From contig JBEKHC010000039.1 of NCBI GenBank assembly GCA_050012475.1, forward strand, positions 1 to 64,000: a stretch of DNA of 64,000 nt. The letters are read 5' to 3'. This document shows, piece after piece, positions 58,476-64,000 of the stretch. Positions within the stretch are counted from its first letter, which is position 1. Each line of letters begins with the position of its first letter. Origin of the DNA: Candidatus Velthaea sp. (GTDB lineage: Bacteria > Vulcanimicrobiota > Vulcanimicrobiia > Vulcanimicrobiales > Vulcanimicrobiaceae). Both the position numbers and the translations under genes were made by a program. The notes beneath the pieces are model-generated. The model searched no databases. It saw only the letters and a list, made by a program, of their open reading frames with translations, and was not told where the DNA came from.

Positions 58476-58595
58476 GAGCGCGCCGCCTCTGCTGCCTGCG
58501 CTGCCAACGCGCTTTCAAGCAACGCCGACGGAACACCAATGTATGCGGCACTGACTGCTGCGGGCCATCAGCTACCTGGTGCATCATGGAACCGC

Positions 58596-59084
58596 CTATT
58601 CGTTCGTGACCGGCACGGGATGGGCTGATTTCTTCCGCTGTTTGAGGCCGTTGAACGTCACTTCCGCTGACGCATCTTCAACGTGTTCGACGGTTGAAAC
58701 GCCTTCGAGCGACGGTTCCACGCGCGCATCTTTGACTTGGTCGACCGTCGAAACAGTCGCCTTGAGAGAATCGCGACAAGTCTCGATAACCGCATCCTGC
58801 AGTTTACCGACCTGAACAGCAAACTTTTCAGAGAAATCAGCCGTGATTTGAACGCGCGAGCAGAACTCGCCGGCGGTCAGGTTCGCGAGCTCACTAGCGC
58901 GCTCGATGTTTTCGCCTATGGCCGATGTCACTCCCGGCGACGAGTAGGGCCGCGAGGCGATCTCCCAGACCGACGTCCAATAGCCCAGCCTGCTCCGCGC
59001 GGCGGAGTCGAGCGTGTCGACGATCAGGGTGTAGACCCGATTGGAAAGGGCGACGTATTTCGCCGTGCTGCCTTGAGTATTCAA
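58596..59084 (-). CDS. Hypothetical helical protein, possibly phasin-like
   Basis: 162-aa amphipathic-looking ORF, AGGA upstream, divergent from Crp gene. Confidence 0.5.
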   Translation of the reverse strand: MNTQGSTAKYVALSNRVYTLIVDTLDSAARSRLGYWTSVWEIASRPYSSPGVTSAIGENIERASELANLTAGEFCSRVQITADFSEKFAVQVGKLQDAVIETCRDSLKATVSTVDQVKDARVEPSLEGVSTVEHVEDASAEVTFNGLKQRKKSAHPVPVTNE

Positions 59085-59434
59085 TTCAATTCAGTTCCTG
59101 TTTGACAATAATTGTGAACAGAGATTTGCTCGTCAACCGCGGGAGCGCTTTGCAGCGACAAATGCCGTTTTGGGCAGCGATCGGCAACGGCACATCTCCG
59201 ACCGGGCTATCCTATAGCTGTCGAGGCGGCGAAATCGGTTCGTTGTCGGACGAAACCGGCCTGACTTTTATCGAACCAATAATCCGCTTCGCGGGCTCCG
59301 ACAAAAGGTGAAGAGCATCAGGCCGAGAAGGACTTCCTGCTGAAATGTCAGCCGTTGCTCGCTGACCTTCGCGGATAGGCTCCCTCATAGACCGGGCTGT
59401 CCGCGACTACAATCTCTCATTTTTCCGGTTTTCT

Positions 59435-60241
59435 ATGCGCCGGTGGTCAGGTACTCAGGCTATGCTGGCATCAGCAGCGGTCAATGCGGGCCTTTCAGGA
59501 AACCTTTTTCTCGACCATTTGGCGCCTGAATCTGCCAAAGTTTTGCTCCCCAGACTTATGCGCGTCAACGCCGCGAGCGGGAAGACGATCTCCGATCCGG
59601 GCATGCCGCTCAAGCACGTCATGTTTCCCATCAACAGCATCATCTCGGCGGTAACCCGCATGCAGGATGGGACAGACGTCGAAGTGACGATCATCGGCCG
59701 CGAAGGACTGTACGGCTTTCAGCTTGCTCTCGGCCATGATACGAGCGCAACGGCAGCAATGGTGCAAATCCCCGGCTCAATGTTGCGGATCACGGGCGAC
59801 GACTTCCGTACTTGTTTGCGGGCCGACCCGCAGTTGAGTCAACGCGTCCTAAACTACGCAATGGTGAACCTCGAGACCATCGCACAATTTTCCGGTTGTA
59901 ATCGGCTGCATCCCATCAACGAACGCCTAGCGCGCTGGCTGCTCATGGCTCACGATCGCGTTGTCGGTGACGAGCTGATGCTCACGCACGATTTCCTTGC
60001 AACGATGCTGGGAGTTCGTCGGCCGGCCGTGAGTCTCGCTGCGGCTGCTTTGGATCAAGCGGGCGTGATCCAGTACCGTTATGGGCGGATTTCGATCATC
60101 AATCGCGGCGGGCTCGAGCTCGCTGCCTGTGAATGCTATCTGGTTGCCAACAACGCAATCGAGTGTCTCCTCGGCTACACCATTCGCAAAGGCACACAGA
60201 ACGGTGAAGCGGAGAAGCCCAACCTTCACGCCGTCATTTGA
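59435..60241 (+). CDS. Crp/Fnr-family transcriptional regulator
   Basis: IIGREG, CNRLH..ERLARWLL, LTHDFLATMLGVRR, ACECY. Confidence 0.9.
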   Translation: MRRWSGTQAMLASAAVNAGLSGNLFLDHLAPESAKVLLPRLMRVNAASGKTISDPGMPLKHVMFPINSIISAVTRMQDGTDVEVTIIGREGLYGFQLALGHDTSATAAMVQIPGSMLRITGDDFRTCLRADPQLSQRVLNYAMVNLETIAQFSGCNRLHPINERLARWLLMAHDRVVGDELMLTHDFLATMLGVRRPAVSLAAAALDQAGVIQYRYGRISIINRGGLELAACECYLVANNAIECLLGYTIRKGTQNGEAEKPNLHAVI

Positions 60242-60338
60242 AATGCTGCCGGCGATCTGCGCGGGATCGCGCCGCGGTCCAAGACGGTCCTGCCCGTTGA
60301 CGGACGTTCACTTGCCGCGGCGCTGCAGGCCGATTAGC

Positions 60339-61031
60339 TCAGGCGGGCACCTCGAAGCTGCCGGGACTGCGCTGCGAACCGCTCCAGTCGGGCGTGCGTT
60401 CGCGTTTCGCCTCCGAGAGCGCACGCCGCACGCCGGCCGCGTCGAAATCTTTGGTGTAAACGGGGCTGCCCGGTTGTTGACGCCAGGATTCGTCGAGTCC
60501 ACCAGCGTCGACCGGGTCGAAGCCAAGCTGATCGACCAGTTCGAGCACGACCTTTTTCGCAGCGACGTCGTCGCCGGCGACCGGCAACGCGACGCGGTCG
60601 GGGGCGCCGGCGGGCTTGCCGTTTTCAAGCAGATGCTGCGCGTAGATATTATTGAATGCCTTGATCACTGGATGTCCCAGCTGCCGCTCGACCCACCGGC
60701 TCTCGGGCAAACCGGACTCGATTGGTTCGATTCGTCCATCACGCTGGCGCGGATAGTAGTTGCCCGTGTCGACGACGACGCTCGCAGCCGCCCCCGCGAA
60801 TAGGCCCGCGGGCAATTTGGGGATGTCCTTCTCGGGGATGGTAACGACAACGAGGTCCTTGCCGCGCGCCGCCTCAGCCACCGATACCGCCGTGGCGCCG
60901 GTTTCGGCCGCCAGGGCGGCGAGGCTTTCGGGACCGCGCGAGTTGGCCACCACAACGGTGTGTCCGAGCGCCCGCAGCCGGCGGGTGAGTGTCCCGCCGA
61001 TGTTGCCGGCGCCGATGATTCCGATGTTCAT
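60339..61031 (-). CDS. NADP-dependent oxidoreductase (F420:NADP oxidoreductase-like family)
   Basis: IGAGNIG, ANSRGP, DTGNYYP, KAFNN, SWRQQPG. Confidence 0.85.
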   Translation of the reverse strand: MNIGIIGAGNIGGTLTRRLRALGHTVVVANSRGPESLAALAAETGATAVSVAEAARGKDLVVVTIPEKDIPKLPAGLFAGAAASVVVDTGNYYPRQRDGRIEPIESGLPESRWVERQLGHPVIKAFNNIYAQHLLENGKPAGAPDRVALPVAGDDVAAKKVVLELVDQLGFDPVDAGGLDESWRQQPGSPVYTKDFDAAGVRRALSEAKRERTPDWSGSQRSPGSFEVPA

Positions 61032-62124
61032 GCGTGCTCCTTTTGGTTGTATGCGTCAACTCGTGGCTACCCGTGACGAGACCCGGCTCCGCACCGGCGA
61101 TAACGCAGCTCGGCTGCCGGCCGCAACTCGACCGTGAGTTGATCGTAGCAGCCGAGTGTGCCAGCTGGCCCCCGCTGAAACCCGCAGGGACGTGCAATAT
61201 GCAAGAAAAGTTCAGTCGTCTCGAATGCGCACGCAACGATGCCGGTCCCGCCGACGGTCGATCTGACCGTAGTGCAAGTCGTGCTACTGTATCAATGCGC
61301 TTATCGGTTCGACCGCGCCGGCGGCGCCGACGCTTCCGAAGCGCGTGAAGCCGATCGGTCGGGCTCGAGTGGTAAAGCGAGGGTGCCGGTCGTTGTCCGC
61401 GAGTAACAAGGTTTATCCGTCGGTCTCCTCGGATCGCTCCGGAACTCGTGCGCTGTGTCAATTGAGCTCACGAGTTGGGGGCGACACGCGCCGCGCCGGT
61501 GGTTGGTTGCATCACCCCGGCGCGGCCCACGATTGCTCAGCGCGAGCGCCGCGAACTTTCGGACATTGGCTCCGGATCTTCAAGTGCCCGCTCTAGCGCC
61601 GGTACGGTTCCCGCGTCGCCGATCTCGCCGAGAGCGAAAGCGGCTTCCTTCCGGAGAATGCAATTACGTGGTACACGTGGGCGCATCTGCTCACAGTAAA
61701 TGACACGTTACTCGAATCATGTGATCAGCGCTCGACGTCGAAGGCGTCTGATCACAATTGGTGACACCAGCCTTCATCGCGCGGAGATTACAAGCGACCG
61801 AGGGCCAGGGGGTCGCCAGCCGCTTTCGATTTTCATCGCGAACGCGACCCGCGGTTTTCGGTGGAGGAGTCGATCGCTGCGCTAATGGGAGTGGAGCGCG
61901 CGAGAAACGCGTTCGTCGCCGCCTAAGCTGACAGCTCGCCGACCGATGCGCGTGCCGCCTGTCAGGCCGGCCGTAACGGTCAAAAAAAGCCGCACCGAAT
62001 GTGATCCGAATCACAATCACCGACAGCGCGGTGGTTGGGCCGGACTGCAACCCGATACCCAAGATATGACGGATGTGCCCCGGACTCAGCCCATCCATTC
62101 TTTTGCCTAAGGAGCCGCTTCTAC

Positions 62125-64000
62125 ATGGGCGCCGGCACGGCTCGCACGCTCGTCCGTCGTGATCTTCGGCTCGCAACGCAACTGATCGCGTATGCGGCGG
62201 CCGGCTGCATCGTGCTCACCGTCGCCTTATGCGCGGTCATTGGCACCAGCGTCCGCAACTCCACGCTTGCACAACTTGAAGCGCGGACGACCGCGATCGG
62301 AAGTGTCCTCCACGCATCCATCGCGCAAATCGGGCCCGCGAGCGTCGACCGGGGAATTCTGCGTTTCGGAAGCTGGGTCGCAAATAATCGCAACGCCCTC
62401 CTCGATGACGTTCACTCGCACTTCGGCGTAAATGCCTCGATCTATGCGGTCGTGAACGGGCGGCCCATTCGGGTCGCCACCTCGAACAAAAAGGGGGATG
62501 GAACACGGGCGATTGGCGTCGAGTTGACTGGAGCGGCGCGCGCGGCGCTTGACCGAGGTGTCGGCTATGACGGCCTCACGACGACGCCCGAAGGCAGCCG
62601 GCACATCAGCCACTTCGAGCTCGTTCGCGACGCGCGCGGCCGCACGATCGGTCTCGTCGGCGTCGGCTCCTCACTCGACGGTATCGGTGCTGCAGAGTGG
62701 GCCGCAGTGCTCCCATGTCTTATCGCCCTCGCGGCCGCGAGTGCGCTGACGATGATATGCATCGTCCTCATCGTCCACCCGATCGGCTTGCACTCCGCCC
62801 TGCACGATCAGCTGACCGGACTCCCCAATCGTTTGAACTTCGTCCAACGCGTAGAGCGTGCACTCGCCCGCACTCATCAGCCCGGCGCCAGACCGGCAGC
62901 AATCCTCTTGCTGGATTGCGACCGCTTCAATGTCGTCAACGATGCCTTCGGCCACGCCGCGGGCGACGCGCTCATCGTTATGCTCGCCCGACGGCTGGAG
63001 CGCGGAATGCGCGGCCAGACGTTGGCCAGGCTAGGCGGCGACGAGTTCGCGATCCTGCTCGAGGGGGTCGACGACGAGCACGAAGCCGTCGCGTTCGCCG
63101 ATCGCATTCTTACGAGCCTGTCCGAGATGTTCTCGCTCCAGGGCACGGAGCTGAATCTCAGCGCGAGCATCGGCATCACGCTGAGCTCGATCGGCTATGA
63201 GACTCCTGACGATATGCTTCGCGACGCCGACATCGCGATGTTCCGCGCCAAGTCGCGCGGCCGCCATCGCCACGAAGTCTTCCATACCGGACTGCGGGAT
63301 CAGATCACCCACGTGCTCCAACTCGAAATGGCGCTTCGGCACGCCATCGACCGTGACGAGCTGACGTTGTGCTTTCAGCCCATCGTGGCGCTCGAGGCCC
63401 AACGCATCACCGGGTTTGAAGCTCTTCTGCGCTGGCATAGCTCCGAGTTCGGCGCCGTTTCGCCGGCCGAGTTCGTGCCGGTTGCGGAAGACAGCGGCCT
63501 GATTTTGAAGATCGGCGACTGGGTCATGCGCGAAGCTTGCAGGCAAATGCGGCGGTGGCAAACCGCCGTTCCGGAATACGACCGGCTGACGGTCTCCGTC
63601 AACGCTTCGATGGTACAACTTCGCGAGGTCGACTTTATTGAGCGCGTCGACAGCGCGCTGCAGGAAAGCGGACTCGACCCCGGCTCGCTGCACGTTGAGA
63701 TCACCGAGACGCTCCTTATGGACGATCTCCCGACATTCAAGGCGGTTCTCGAACAGCTCCACGAGCGCGGAGTCAAGATCCACGTCGATGACTTCGGAAC
63801 CGGATACTCGTCGCTGGCGTATCTCGGCCAACTCTCGGTCGACGCCCTCAAGATTGATAAGTCGTTCGTCAGCGGATCGGGCTACGGGCTGACGAATCCC
63901 GAGATCATCGAGACGATCGTCACCCTGGCGCGGCAGCTCGGCGTGACCGTCATCGCCGAAGGCATCGAGACGCCCGAGCAAGAGCGAGAACTTCGCGCGC
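62125..64000 (+). CDS. Membrane Cache-sensor diguanylate cyclase/phosphodiesterase, truncated by window end
   Basis: AAGGAG then ATG 62125; TM, RVATS..GTRAIG, TM, HDQLTGLPNR, GGDEF near 63034, EAL at 63418, DDFGTGYSSL in one frame. Confidence 0.85.
   Translation, partial: MGAGTARTLVRRDLRLATQLIAYAAAGCIVLTVALCAVIGTSVRNSTLAQLEARTTAIGSVLHASIAQIGPASVDRGILRFGSWVANNRNALLDDVHSHFGVNASIYAVVNGRPIRVATSNKKGDGTRAIGVELTGAARAALDRGVGYDGLTTTPEGSRHISHFELVRDARGRTIGLVGVGSSLDGIGAAEWAAVLPCLIALAAASALTMICIVLIVHPIGLHSALHDQLTGLPNRLNFVQRVERALARTHQPGARPAAILLLDCDRFNVVNDAFGHAAGDALIVMLARRLERGMRGQTLARLGGDEFAILLEGVDDEHEAVAFADRILTSLSEMFSLQGTELNLSASIGITLSSIGYETPDDMLRDADIAMFRAKSRGRHRHEVFHTGLRDQITHVLQLEMALRHAIDRDELTLCFQPIVALEAQRITGFEALLRWHSSEFGAVSPAEFVPVAEDSGLILKIGDWVMREACRQMRRWQTAVPEYDRLTVSVNASMVQLREVDFIERVDSALQESGLDPGSLHVEITETLLMDDLPTFKAVLEQLHERGVKIHVDDFGTGYSSLAYLGQLSVDALKIDKSFVSGSGYGLTNPEIIETIVTLARQLGVTVIAEGIETPEQERELRA

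Noticed and set aside
61040..61980. Genes or ncRNA in the roughly 1 kb gap before the GGDEF-EAL gene
   Set aside because: No recognisable protein or RNA family by eye

Overview
GC-rich bacterial DNA, probably from a diderm (it encodes a FadL-type outer-membrane protein). The left end (0.4-12.4 kb) has a DipZ-like thioredoxin, a BBE-type FAD oxidase, two DUF190 genes and a fluoride riboswitch in front of a six-gene Hyf/Ehr-like membrane complex whose large subunit lacks the NiFe-binding cysteines. From about 12.5 to 58.1 kb is a sulfur-scavenging island: ssuACB, cbs, two sfnG, sfnB, two FMN reductases, a Liv-type ABC system, sbp, xsc, a HOT-type Fe-ADH, tau-like ABC, a corrinoid methyltransferase cluster, two metNIQ sets, FadL, DUF4395, cysteine synthase, an XRE-cupin regulator and a 138-aa protein that is about 50% Met+Cys. 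The main unannotated signal is 13 similarly built leaders in front of the island's operons. Each is a 19-37 aa Cys-containing short ORF followed by a GC hairpin with a U-rich tail; 12 have a clear sigma70-type promoter, and 11 are leaderless or nearly so. In most, the 3' end of the short ORF can pair with the 5' arm of the terminator. This looks like a cysteine-sensing, ribosome-mediated transcription-attenuation regulon. The right end has a Crp/Fnr regulator, an NADP oxidoreductase and a Cache-GGDEF-EAL gene running off the window. All calls were made by eye; no searches or folding programs were run.
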